Positions 25,857 to 38,655 of a stretch of 64,000 bases of DNA are shown one piece after another. The position numbers and the translations under genes were made by a program. This stretch comes from Azolla caroliniana. Taxonomy: Eukaryota; Plantae; Polypodiophyta. The stretch covers positions 12,400,001 to 12,464,000 of the forward strand of contig JBHGNT010000013.1 in NCBI GenBank assembly GCA_043228905.1. Reading direction: 5' to 3'. The first letter of the stretch is position 1, and the number at the start of each line of letters is the position of its first letter. The notes under the pieces were generated by a model, which saw nothing but the letters and a program-made list of their open reading frames with translations, was not told where the DNA came from and searched no databases.

Positions 25857-27691
25857 GAAGGCTACACGGGTAGCATCCGGAATGGAGTCATGAAGTTCAG
25901 AAAGGGAAGCTTGATTTTGGCTCGAGCCCGGAAGGTCAACACGCTATATCTTATGCATGCCTGGATATGCTGAGAAGATGTGAATGTAGCATCTGACATT
26001 GCTGGTGAGTTGTGGCACAAGAGGTTGTGTCATATGAGTTAGAAGGGGATGAGAAGGCTTGCTGAAGACAACCTCATTCCGGAGGTGAAAGATGTGCAAC
26101 TTGAGAAGTGCACCGATTGCTTGGCCGACAAGCAAAACCGAACCTCCTTCCGGTCAAGACTACTAATGAGACGGAATGCACCATTGAACTTGGTGAATAC
26201 CGATGTGTGTCAAGTGGACACGAAGTCACATGCCAGATCGTAGTACTTCATGACGTTCATAGATCACCATAGCCGGAAGTTGTGGGTCTCACCGTTGAAG
26301 ACAAAAGATCAGGTCCTATCTGTCTTCAAGGAGCTCCACGCGAGAGTGGAAAGAGGAACCGGCCGGAAGCTGAAAGCGGTTCGAGTAGATAACGGAGGAG
26401 AATACCAGGGGTAGTTTGAGGAGTACTGTCAATCAAAGGGAATCCGACTCAAATTCACCATGCCGAAGACGCCAAAATTGAACGTGCTGGCCGGACAGTG
26501 ATGAAGAGAGTCTAGAGCATGCTGGCAAATGTAAAATTACCCAAGATGTTTTGGGCTCAAGCACTGATGACGGCGACCTATTTGATAAACAAATCACCCT
26601 CAGCACCCTTGAAAGGAGACTCGCCGCAGAAAGTATGGACCGATAAAAATGTATATTATCGGCATCTGATGGTGTTCGGGTGTCTTGCCTATGTGCATGT
26701 TGCAAAGGACAAGAGAGGAAAGCTAGATCCGAAGTCTAGACCATGCATATTCCTTGGATACGGCGATGATGAGTTTGGTTACTGAATGTGGGATATGGTC
26801 AACAAGAAGGTGTTCCGGAGTCGGGAAATAGTCTTCATGGAAGACAAAACCATTGCCAATTGGGAGTCGGAGAAGAAGGTGATGAACTCCGGATCATCCA
26901 ATGAAAACCGGCTTGAGGACACAAGGATTTACCTAGTTGAAAACTGGATGTTAGCAGATAACCGGATGACACTCGACGAACCGGCCGAATACGGACAAGA
27001 AACCAAACTGACCGACAGAGAAGAAGAAGAAGAAAACACTAGAACCACACAAGATCACGAATCAGATTCGGATGAGTAACAAACAGAGGAACCGATAGTC
27101 CGAAACCAAGGACGAACATATCCTCTCCGAGAGAGAAGAGCCCCCCGAAGATTTCCAGATGCAGAGCACATATTGCTAACCGATGAGGGGGAGTCGGAAA
27201 GCTTCGAAGAAGCAAAGAGAGACACCGACGGCCGCAAGTGGTTGAGTGCCATGCAGGACGAGATGGATTCCCTGCATGAGAACCACACGTATGAATTGAC
27301 GGAGTTTTGGAAAGGGAAGAGAGGACTCCGACCAAGGGTAACACAAGACGCAGGCCAACCATTACGTGTTTGTGAAGAAATTTGACGGAGGAGATTTCCT
27401 GATACTTCTCCTATCTATGGATGATATGTTGATCGTCAAACGAGACCAAGGCAAAATTCGGATGCTAAAGAAGGCTCTGAACCGAACTTTCTCAATGAAA
27501 GATTGGGGTCTGGCAAGACAGATATTGGGAATGCACATCATCTAGGACCGGTTGAAGAAGCTGTTGTGGTTGTCACATGAGAAGTATGTGACAAAGGTGC
27601 TTCAACGGTTCAACATGTCAGAGGCGAAACTGGGCGGATCAACACTTTCGGCAAACTATAAACTATCTGGAAAACAAAGGCCGAGGACAAA

Positions 27692-28079
27692 GGCGGAGAA
27701 AACGGATATGATGAAGATACCATATGCTTCTGCTGTTGGGATCTTGATGTACGCAATGGTATGTACCCAGTCGGATATTAGATATGCAGTCGGAGTGGTG
27801 AGGCGGTTCATGAGAAATCCTGTAAAAGAGCACTGGAACGCAGTCAAGTGGATACTTTGGTACTTGAAAGGCACCTGGAGTATGTGGCGAAGAAAACGGA
27901 TATGATGAAGATACCATATGCTTCTGCTGTTGGGATCTTGATGTACGCAATGGTATGTACCCAGTCGGATATTAGATATGCAGTCGGAGTGGTGAGCGGT
28001 TCATGAGAAATCCTGTAAAAGAGCACTGGAACGCAGTCAAGTGGATACTTTGGTACTTGAAAGGCACCTGGAGTATGTG
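27692..28079 (+). repeat. Tandem duplication (about 194 bp) within copia RT/RH
   Basis: 27692-27885 repeated near-identically at 27886-28079. Confidence 0.9.
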
Positions 28080-29189
28080 CCTCCGGTTTGGCTCTGGTAA
28101 ACCCCATTTGCTGGATTCACAGATTCGGAGATGTCGGCTGATGCGGATACCAGTCGGTCGACATCCAGATATGTCATGACTTATGAAGGGGGAGTTGTAT
28201 CATGGCAGTCGTGGCTGCAGAAGACGGTTACGTTGTCAACCACGGAGGCGGAGTACATGGCAGTTGTAGAAGCCGGCAAGGAGATGATCTGGATGAAGGA
28301 CTTCATCGGAGAGCTAGGGACCCACCAGGAGGAATATCGGCTTTACTACGACAGTCAAAGTTCCATCCACGTTGCAGAGAACGCGGCCTATCATTCTCGG
28401 ACGAAACATATCCAGCGGAGGTACCACTTGATCCGGGAGAGAGTAGAAGATCAAGAGTTCGTGCTGACGAAGATCCACAAGGAGGAGAATGGGTCAGATA
28501 TGCTGACCAAGGTTTTGACAACCGACAAGTTGGACGCGGGCCGAAAGCGGATCGGGCTGGCGAGACATCCCATGCTGGAGTGAAGGGGGATATTGTTGGG
28601 AAATTAGTCCCTCCGAATGGGATCCGGTGATGAATGAAGAGGACCCGGTGAGAACCGAAAGAGACCCGAAAACCGGATCGGATGGACCCGGTGAGAACTG
28701 GAAGAGAAGACATATTTGTAAATATGTTTTGAGTAAGCCTATTAAGGCTATATTTGTAAATAGCCCTAGGTTCATATAAGTATAAATATGACTTAGGGCA
28801 ATGCATTTAGTAGTGTGTTGTTGTCATATTGTGGTATGGGTATAACTGTTGTAAAGTAACAGAGAGAGAGAGAGAGAGAGCGTGAGAGTAGTTACGAGCA
28901 GTTCTGTTGTAACCGCAGTCTGGCGAAGATCGCAAGCACGAGGTCATTGCCTCTATGTTTCCATGTTGTATTTCATCTCATATAGTGATAGTTCAAAGTC
29001 CGTGGACTCCCATGGTTTTTTTCCCAATTAGGGTTTTCCACGCAAACATCCCGTGTACTCTCTACCTTTTGCGTGTGTACATGTGCTCTCCCCCCATTTC
29101 CCATTTCTGTGTTTGATTCTCATTGAAGTGATTGAAGACTCGGTTGTGGCCGAGCAATATTCCGCACTATTTCCTACAATGCCTTCAAG

Positions 29190-32100
29190 TGACAGGAATA
29201 CGCTCACCTAAGCTATGCTCGGCCACAGCCGAGACGTCGGATCAAGCACGAAAACAGGGATGTGGTGAGATGTATGTACACACGAAACAGTAAAGAAGAG
29301 AGTGCACTGGATGTTAACGTGGAAAACCCAAATCTGGGAAAAAACCACGACAGCCCTCAGACTGCAAAATTACAACAATGGGGCACAGAGGCAACAACCT
29401 CTTTCTCCCTCGCTTCGCCACCAGGCTGTTACAACAGAGGCAACAACCTCTTCCTCTCTCTCTCTTTCTTCTCTATACGCAGTTGAGCTCTGAATTATCG
29501 CAACAACAATAATCACACAACCAACTCTATCATCATCACTATTAAGTTTACCCTAGGTCATATTTATACTAATATGACTTTCAGGTTATTTACAAATATA
29601 GCCCTAGTGGGATGTCTAGAACATATTTACATATATGTCCCTTCATCCGGGGAGAGGTTCTCACCGGGCCTGCAACATTCGGTTCTCACCAGGTCTTCCG
29701 TTGTCGGGTGCTCCACATCCGGTTCTCACTAGGTCTTCCATTGCTGGGTGCTCCACATCCGGTTCTCACCGGGTTTTCCGTTACCAAGTGCTCCACATCC
29801 GGTTCTCACTGGGTCTTCCATTGCCGGGTACTCCACATCTGGTTCTCACCAGGTCTTCCGTTGCCGGATCCTCCACATCCGGTTCTCACCGGGTCTTCCG
29901 TTGCCGGGTACTCCACATCCTGGTTCTCACCGGGTCTTCCGTTGCCGGGAACTCCACATCCGGTTCTCACCGGGTCTTCCGTTGCTCATCAACGCTGTTC
30001 TTCTCACTTCCCATCCGGAGGGACCTGTTTCCTAACAAACTCCCCCTTCACTCCGGCATGGGATGTCTTACTAGTCCGATCCGCTTCCGACATGCATCCA
30101 ACTTGTCAAGTATTAGTACTTTGGTCAGCATATCTGACCCGTTCTCGGCCGTGTCGATCTTCGTCAATGCGAACTCTCGATCTTCTACTCGATCCCGGAT
30201 CCAGTGATACCTGCGCTGGATGTGATTCGTCCTGGAATGGGACGCTGCGTTCTTAGCAAGGTGGATGGCACTTTGACTGTCGCAATAGAACCGGTATTCA
30301 TCTTGCCGGATACCGAGCTCTCCGATGAAGTCCTTCATCCATAATATTTCCTTGCTGTCTTCAACTACCGCCATGTACTCCGCCTCTGTGGTTGACAACG
30401 CAACCGTCTTCTGCAGCCTTGACTGCCACGAAACAACTCCCCTTGCATATGTCATTACATACCCGGATGTAGACCGGCTGGTATCCACATCAGCCGACAT
30501 GTCCGAATCGGTAAAACCGTCAAGTTGAGGTTTTCCAGAGCCGAATCGGAGACACATAAACCGGAGTATCCATTTGACCGCGTTCCACTGCTCCTTGCCG
30601 GGGTTGCTTATAAACCGGCTCACCACTCCGACTGCATATGCAATGTCCGGTCGAGTACACACCATTACATACATTAAGCTCCAAACGACAGAGGCATATG
30701 GGACCTTTGTCATATCCGCCTTCTCTGCTTTCATCTTCAGGCTTTGCTTACCGGATAATTTGCAGTTTGCCGGGAGTGTCGATCCGACTGGTTTCGCTCC
30801 TAACATGTTGAACCGCTGAAGCACCTTTGTCACGTATTTCTCCTGTGACAACCACAATTGCTTCTTTGACCGGTCCCGGATGATGTGAATCCCCAATATC
30901 TGTCTTGCTGGGCCCAAGTCTTTCATTGAGAAAGTTCGGTTGAGAGCCTTCTTTAGCATCCGTATTTTGGCTTGGTCCCGTCCGACGATCAACATGTTGT
31001 CCACGTACAGAAGGAGTATCAGGAAATCTCCACCTTCGAACTTCTTCACAAATACGCAGTGATCAACCTGCGTCTAGTGGTACCCTTGATCAATCATGAA
31101 GGAGTCGAACTTCCGGTACCATTGCCGGGGGACCTGCTTCAACCCGTAGAGGATCTTTTTTAACCGGCAAACCAGGTGCTCCTTCCCTTTCTTCACAAAT
31201 CCCTCTAGTTGCTATATGTAGATCTCCTCTTCGAGGTCGCCGTGAAGGAACGTCATCTTCACGTCTAACTGCTCTACCTCGAGGTCCATTCTTGCCGCTA
31301 TGCTCAGCACCGTCCGGATGGAAGTCATCTTTACTACCGGGGAAAATATCTCGTCGAAGTCCACGCCCTTCTTCTGCTGGAACCCCTTCACCACGATCCT
31401 GGCTTTGTATCTCGGGGGGTTGCCGGCATCTCCCGGTTTCAGCTTGTACACCCACTTATTCCGGAGTGCCCGCTTTCCTTTCGGCAACTCCACCAGTTCA
31501 TATGTGTGGTTCTCATGCAAGGAATCCATCTCGTCCTGCATGGCACTCAACCACTTTCGGCTATTGGTGTCATCCTTCGCTTCTTCGAAGCTTTCCGGCT
31601 CCGCCTCATCGGTCAGCAGCACATGCTCTACATCTGGAAATCTCTGGGGGGCCCTTATCTCTCTGAGAGGATATCTCCTTCTTTGGCTTTCGGCAACCGA
31701 CTCCTCTATTTGTTCTTCATCTGAATCCGATTCGGGGTCTTGCCCGGTTCCGGTTTCACCTATTCTTTATTCTTCGGCCTATCTTGTCTCCTTACCGTCA
31801 CCGGCCGGTTCGTCGAGTGCTAACCGGTCTCTTGCCGGTTCGGTCTACTCATCGTAGAATCGATCCTTACCGGTGGACTCGTAGTTCAATATCTTCTTCT
31901 CCGACTCCCAGTCGGTGAGCGTCTTGTCCTCCATGAAGATAATATCTCGACTCCGGAATACCTTCTTGTCGGCCAGGTCCCACACTCGGTAGCCGAACTC
32001 ATCATTGCCATAACCGAGGAATATGCATGGCCGGGTCTTTGGATCCAACTTTCCTCTCTGGTCCTTAGCTACATGCACGTACGCGAGACACCCGAACACC

Positions 32101-34804
32101 TTCAGATGCCGGTAGGACACTTCCTTACCGGTCCATACTCTCTGCGGCGTGTCTCCATCCAAGGGTACTGAGGGTGATCTGTTTATCACAAATGTCGTCG
32201 TCGATAGTGCCTCAGCCCAAAACTTCTTGGGTAATTTTGCATATTCCGGACCCTCTCCATTATGGTCCGGTTCATCCTCTCAGCCAAGCCGTTTAGTTTC
32301 GGCGTCTTCGGCACGGTAAATTCAAGCCGGATTCCCTTCGAGCAGTAGTACTCCATGAATTGCCCCTAGTATTCACCTCCATTATCTGCTCGAACTGCCT
32401 TCAGCTTCCGACCGGTTTCTCTTTCCACTCTTGCGTGGAGCTCCTTGAGGACGGATAACACTTGATCATTCGTCTTTAATGGTGTGGCCCAAAACCTCCT
32501 GCTATGGTCATCTATGAACGTCACGAAGTACTCCAATCCTGCATGTGACTTCGTGTCCACTTGACACACATCCGTATGCACCAACTCTAGTGGTGCATTA
32601 CGTCTCATCTGTGTCCTCGATCGGAAGGAGGTCCGATTTTGTTTACTGGCCAGACAATCAGTGCACTTCTCCAAGTGCACGTTCTTCATTGGAATGAGGT
32701 TGTCATCTGCAAGCCTCTTCATCCCCTTCTCGCTCATGTGACACAGCCTCTTGTGCCATAGCTCATCAGCAGTGTCGGAAGCCATGTTCACTTCTTCCGG
32801 GCATAACCGGGCATTCATCAAGTACAAAGTGTTGACCTTTCGGGCTCGAGCCACTATCAGGCTCCCTTTGCTGAATTTCATGACTCCGTTCTGGATGCTA
32901 CCTGTGTAGCCTTCATCATCCAGCCGATCGGCTAATATCAGGTTAAGTCGAACGTTTGGAACGTGTCGGACATTCTTCAGCACCAGCTTGCATCCAGTTG
33001 GTGTTGTCAACCACACGTCTCCTATGCCGACAATTTGGCATGTACCTTCATTCCCCATCCGGACACAACCGTGATCACCGGTTGTGTAGGATGAGAAGTA
33101 TTTACGGTCCGGGGTAAGGTGGAATGAGCTCCGGAATCAACAACCCACGTTGTCTCATCGCCGGCAAGGTTCAACTCACTCTCCTCAGTGATGAGCATCA
33201 ACTCTTCTTCACTTGCCGCGATTGTCGTCATTCCCTTCCGGTCCGTTCCCCTCCGTTCCCCTCCGGTCTTTACCGTTCCGATCTGGTGTCCGCTTCGAAT
33301 CGGTACCACCAGTTTCCTTGTCTTTTTGGAAGTGCCGACAGTTCTTCTGGAAGTGTCCTGGCTTGCCGCAATAGAAGCAGGTAGGCCTCCCCCTTGACTT
33401 TGACCGTGTCACCGACTTCTCCCGGTTCTGGGGATTACGGTTCCTTTATCTTCCGCGTTCCGATTCGGTAAGGAGCACTTTGGAGTCGGAGCTCGTATCC
33501 TTGTCTTTCCGACGCGCCTCCTCATCTAGCAAGCTCGACTTCACTCTTGCTAGGGATAACCATTTCCCTTCCGGCCTGGCGTTGCCCAAAGTGACTACCA
33601 ACGTCTCCCAGCTATCTGGGAGGGAATCGAGCAGGAGTAGTGCTAGTACGTCATCGGCGAGAGGTACTTCCAATGATGTTACCTGGTGGATCAGCCCCTG
33701 GAAGGCATTCATGTGATCCGCCATGCTGGAGCCATCTTGGTACCGGAGTCTTACTAGCTTCCGAAATACCGAAACCTGATTAACAACATTTTTGTTCTGA
33801 AACATAATGTCGATCTTCTCCCAGAGCTCATGAGCCTTGCTCTCTTCATTGAAGTTGTTGTATAGGCTCATGTCGATGAAGCACCGTATGTACGCCGTTG
33901 TCTTCATGTGCATCACCTCCCATATCGTGGCATCGATTTTGTCCGGTCTCTTGTCCCCGAACTGAACCGGCAACCAAAGATCTTTAACCATGAGCATGTC
34001 CCTCATCTTCGACTTCCACACTAAATAGTTGGAGCCGGTGAGCTTGAACATGCCTCCCAACGAATCATCCATTTTTCTGTGTCGTTTTGCTCTGGTACCA
34101 GTTTGACAGGAATACGCTCACCTAAACTATGCTTGGCCACAGCTGAGACGTCGGATCAAGCACAGAAAACAGGGATGTGGTGAGATGTATCTACACACGA
34201 AACAGTAAAGAAGAGAGTGCACTGGATGTTAACGTGGAAAACCTAAATCTGGGAAAAAAGCACGACAGCCCTCAGATTGCAAAATTACAACAATGGGGCA
34301 CAGAGGCAACGACCTCTTTCTCCCTCACTTCGCCACCAGGTGGTTACAATAGAGGCAACAACCTCTTCCTCTCTCTCTCTTTCTTCTCTATACGCAGTTG
34401 CGCTCTGAATTATCGCAACAACGATAATCACACAACCAACTCTATCATCATCACTATTAAGTTTGCCCTAGGTCATATTTATACTAATATGACTTTCAGG
34501 TTATTTACAAGTATAGCCTCGGTGGGCTCTCTAGAACATATTTACATATATGTCCCTTCATCTGGTGAGAGGTTCTCACCGGGCTTGCAACATCCGATTC
34601 TCACCAGGTCTTCCATTGCCGGGTGCTCCACATCCGGTTCTCACCGGGTCTTCCATTGCCAGGTACTCCACATCCGGTTCTCACCGGGTCTTCCGTAGCC
34701 GGGTACTGCACATCCGGATTCGGCCGACGCCTATCGGCCTCGGTCGAGTTGCTCATCAACACTGTTCTTCTCACTTCCCATCCGGAGGGACCTATTTCCT
34801 AACA
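29190..34804 (-). mobile_element. Full-length degenerate Ty1/copia (5' LTR 34104-34804, 3' LTR 29190-30037)
   Basis: TSD TCAAG (29185-29189 and 34805-34809); PBS TGGTACCAGAGC at 34089-34100; gag 33446-34072; CFYCGKPGHFQKNC; PR, INT, RT, RH; PPT at 30038-30049. Confidence 0.95.
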
Positions 34805-35204
34805 TCAAGTGCATGCCTACTTCGAGATCCTTATGTGACCGTGCTCTATGTTTCTCAGTTTGTCCACTTTCATGATACAATCTCATGTTAGACTTGACAA
34901 TCTTTACGTGAGAGTCTTTCTTCTTTGTTGAGATCTCATCGTTAGTAATACCCTTCAAATCCGCTTGGCCTGCTTGGCCTGCTTGGCCCTTGTCATCCAT
35001 GGTAGTGCGTCTACTTGGCCTCTTCCTTGTCTTCATCAACCTTGACTTCTTTCAGGATCAGTCTCGTTTGATCGGCTTCCGTTCGGATTTGTATTCAACC
35101 GAATCAGACTCAGTTGATCAGTTTCGACCGAGTCGGCCCCCTTCTAGGTCAGGTTCGACCGATCGGCTTTGGGTCGGGTAGGCTTCCTTTTCCTCGTGTT
35201 CACC

Positions 35205-36735
35205 TGTGTCGTGAAAATCCATCACTATGAGTGGATCGTGAGGTGGAACTGCCGGGGTTATGGATGGGAAGGAAATAGGGCTCACATGCACAACACAAGG
35301 AAGGCTTACACAAAGAAGGCACGAGTATTCCAAAATGTTTGTGAAAAGGAGATGTGCATGGGCAAGCCCGAATTAACCCCTAGTCACAAGGCGAACAAAT
35401 GCATGCGAGGAAGGTTTACACACGGACACACAAGGAAGGCTTACACAAACAAGGCACGAGTATTCGAATGTGTTTGTGAAAAGGAGAGGTGCATGGGCAA
35501 GCCTGAATCAACCTTGTTGAGAGACAAGCTCAACATTGGGTGCGTAACCTAGTGCGTAGACTAGGTGCATAAAACCATACGCACAACATGGCCGTAGCGG
35601 TGCGTAAACCGAGAGGCCATTAGAATGATGTTCCTCATAAGGAATAATTTTGGGAGTAAGTGTAGGATGCTCATTTATGAGCAGTCAAGTACTGTAAGTA
35701 CTTGTGTCAGCCCAATAGTCAGGGCTTGTATAAAAGGTGCTCACTAAGCACGAAGTATGTATAGAGTGTTATTCTTTCTTGAATAGAGTTGTTCTCTGCT
35801 CTCTCTCTGTCTCTCTCTCACACTCATTCTCTCTGTGTTCTCTATTTCTACCGAACTATCGTATTCCCGAACTGCATACTCAGTGTCTTACCCATAAGCT
35901 TCCACATACACACACACACGTATTCTTTTACATGGTATCAAAGCGCGAGGGTTGAGGTCCTCTGTAGCCGACAGAAAAGCTTGTGATAAAGACAGAGTTC
36001 AGTTTTCCTTCTTGCTTTCGGAAAGGATAAGAAAACATTATGGATGGAGGAATGGGAAGCTCACTACCGATTGAGAAGCTCGACAGGAGCAACTATGCAT
36101 CTTCGTCGTACAAGATGCACCAGTACCTGCTTGGTCATGGCTACTGGAGTTATGTCGAAGGAGCTAATGATATAGCACCCGAATCGACACACAGAGATTT
36201 TTCGGCTTGGGAACAAGCGACAAGCAGAGTTCTTTACTACTTCACGTCTTGTGTGAGCAACCATCACTTGAGCTACATTCGGGATGCCAAGATGCCAAAG
36301 GATGCGTGGGCGAATCTCAAGAAGATATTCACAGCTAGTACAACGGCCAAGAAGCTGCAGCTCAGGTAGGAGCTTAGCAATGTCCGACAGAAAGATTTGT
36401 CTGTGTCTTATTACACGGCTCGAAACAAGGAAATCTGCGACTTTCTCACCTCCATCAACGTGAACGTCGAGGAAGAAGAAATGGTGCAGGTTTATCTTGG
36501 TGGGCTAGCGTCAAAGTTCGAAGCGTTCCGAACGGCAGTCTACACAAGGGAGAATATACCTTCGTTCTTCGAGCTTCAGTCGATGTTGCTCGTGGAGGAC
36601 AATCACGTGGGTGCGTCGACGAGTACGCACACCAACAACAAGATGTTGTACATGGAGGAAGATAGGCCCCGTAGTCATGGCGAACGAGGCGTATCGGCGC
36701 GCAATGGAGGTGGCCGAAAAGAGTAGAACGTGCGG
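35205..36735 (+). mobile_element. gag: 5' part of a different Ty1/copia: LTR (to 35932), iMet PBS, gag pseudogene 36040-36726
   Basis: ...TTTACA|TGGTATCAAAGC at 35933; IEKLDRSNY...YLLGHGYWSYVEG...DAWANLKKIF UBN2-type gag. LTR start approximate. Confidence 0.85.
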
Positions 36736-37281
36736 TGTCGTGTTGTTTCGCTTGCGCTTAGGAAACTAAGGCGGGACCGCGGGGGCCCTGGACCGAGGTG
36801 TGCATAGAAATAGAGAGAGGAGAGAGCGGAAGCGATGGTCCGGAAAGTAATTTTACGAGGACGGGGAGTGCCTGTCACAGGCAAGTAGTGCTCACCAGGT
36901 AAAACGAATAACACAACTGCGTACAAAAATGAGCAGAGACACACGCTCGACCGGCTCCGTGACGACAATGGATTAGAGTACACACGAATACATCCAGAGG
37001 CCGCAACCCAAAGAATCGATTAAGACAACTAAACAAATACGATACTCCCGAGATTACAACCGGCACGCCGGTGAGTGACCAAGCACGCACCCACACACAC
37101 ACACACGCAAAACACACAGTGGGGCCTCTGCCAGGAACGCACGGGCTTCTCTCGTGAGCAGAGGTCACCTAGCGAAAACCTGCAAAGAACAATGGAAATG
37201 AGGAGAAGAATGCTCGGTTCCCAGTCCGACAACACTTTGTCCTCGCCCCAAAACGCAATACCATTTCAGCCTTCTCCCTGT
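36736..37281 (-). mobile_element. Partial Trp-family LTR, interrupted by the next element
   Basis: TGTCGTGTTG terminus; homologous to 37282-37850; left flank GCGG. Confidence 0.75.
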
Positions 37282-37908
37282 TGTCGCGTTGTTACACTCT
37301 CACGTAGGAACTAAGGCGGGGACTACAGGGGCCTTGGACCGAGGAATACCCAAAACAGAGGGAGGAGCAAGGTGAAACAATGGGTTGGCAAGTACCGGCT
37401 ACCGGCAAGTAGGTACGCAGTGCTCATCGTGTGAACGATCCTCGACTCGTGCTTGCCGGCTCAACGACTACCACGGTAGTGTACAAAGAATGAACAGTAA
37501 CACACACTCGTCTAGTTTCGTGCCAACAATCGGCCAAGACACACACACAAATACGTAGAGGACTCACAAACAAGGAATCGATTAAGACAACTAGGCGAAT
37601 ACAAAGCTTTTCGAGATTACAACCGGCAAGCCGGTGAGCGACCACGCGCAAACACCCACACACACACAGAGCACACAGTGGAGCCTCAACCGAAGCGCAC
37701 GGGCTTCTCCCTTGAGCAAAGGCAACCGACCAAAAACTGTAGAGCTCAACGAAGAAAAATGAGAAGAGTGCTCAGTTCCCGGTCCGACAGCACTTCGTCC
37801 TCCCAAAACGCGATAGATGTTCAACCATTTTCCCTTTTCTTTTATAGGCCGCCGGGGAGGGCCATCACATCCTGAATACATCATCTTTATTCTTTGTCCC
37901 TTTGGACA

Positions 37909-38655
37909 TGACGGGAGCTCAAGGCTCCTTATGCGCAACGCTCGGCCACAACCGAGCTTAGAATGATACACAGAAAACGGGAGATAAAGCACGACAAGAA
38001 GAAGAGGAAAATACACAGGAGGTTTAACGTGGAAAACCCCAAACTAGGGGAAAAACCACGGCAGCCCACAGGCTGCAAACTGTCACTATGTAAGAATATA
38101 CAACAGTGAGTTTATTGAGGCACTGACCTCGTGCTCACAGATCTTCGCCACAGGCGGCGGTTACAACAGAGGCAACGACCTCTCTCTCTCTCTCTCTCTG
38201 TACAGTTACGCACACTCTCTATTCTTGCACCAACCAGAATGACAACAACAACACCTAAAGGTTTGCCCTAAGTCATATTTATACTAATATGACTTTTTGG
38301 CTATTTACAAATGTAGCCTCGATGGGCTCTCAGAAACATATTAACGAATATGTCTCTTCCTCCGGTTCTCACCGGGTCTGCGTCATCCGGCTCTCCGTAG
38401 CCGGGTGCTCCTCATCCAGCTCTCACCGGTTCTGCACCATCCGGCTCTCCGTAGCCGGGTACTCCTCATCCGGTTCACACCGGGCCTGCACCATCCGGCT
38501 CTCCGTAGCTGGGTACTCCTCATCCGGTTCACACCGGGCCTGCACCATCCGGCTCTCCGTAGCCGGGTACTCCTCATCCGGTTTCGGCCTTGGCCGAGAT
38601 TGTTCGTCGACACTGTTCTTCTCCCTTCCCATCCGGAGGGACCTGTCTCCCAACA
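37909..38655 (-). mobile_element. Copia solo LTR inside the gypsy LTR
   Basis: TGACGGGAG...CCCAACA with internal tandem repeats. Flanked by a 139-bp duplication rather than a 5-bp TSD. Confidence 0.88.

Larger units (their letters stand above)
23898..29178 (+). mobile_element. Full-length degenerate Ty1/copia (LTRs 23898-24438 and 28594-29178)
   Basis: PBS TGGTATCAGAGC (tRNA-iMet) at 24442; gag with CFYCGKPRHF knuckle; WVVDSGA protease; INT, RT and RH with many stops; PPT GAAGGGGGA. Flanks GTACC/ATGCC (decayed TSD). RT deletion near 27330. Confidence 0.93.
22788..35204 (-). mobile_element. Trp-family non-autonomous gypsy remnant (3' LTR about 22788-23546; internal 23547-23897 and 34810-35204) hosting two copia insertions
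   Basis: Minus strand PPT GGTGGGGGTGGA followed by TGTCGTGAAGATTT at 23546. Internal MKTRKRP...DKGQ matches the C-terminal part of ORF 54158-56218. Distal LTR end uncertain. Confidence 0.7.
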
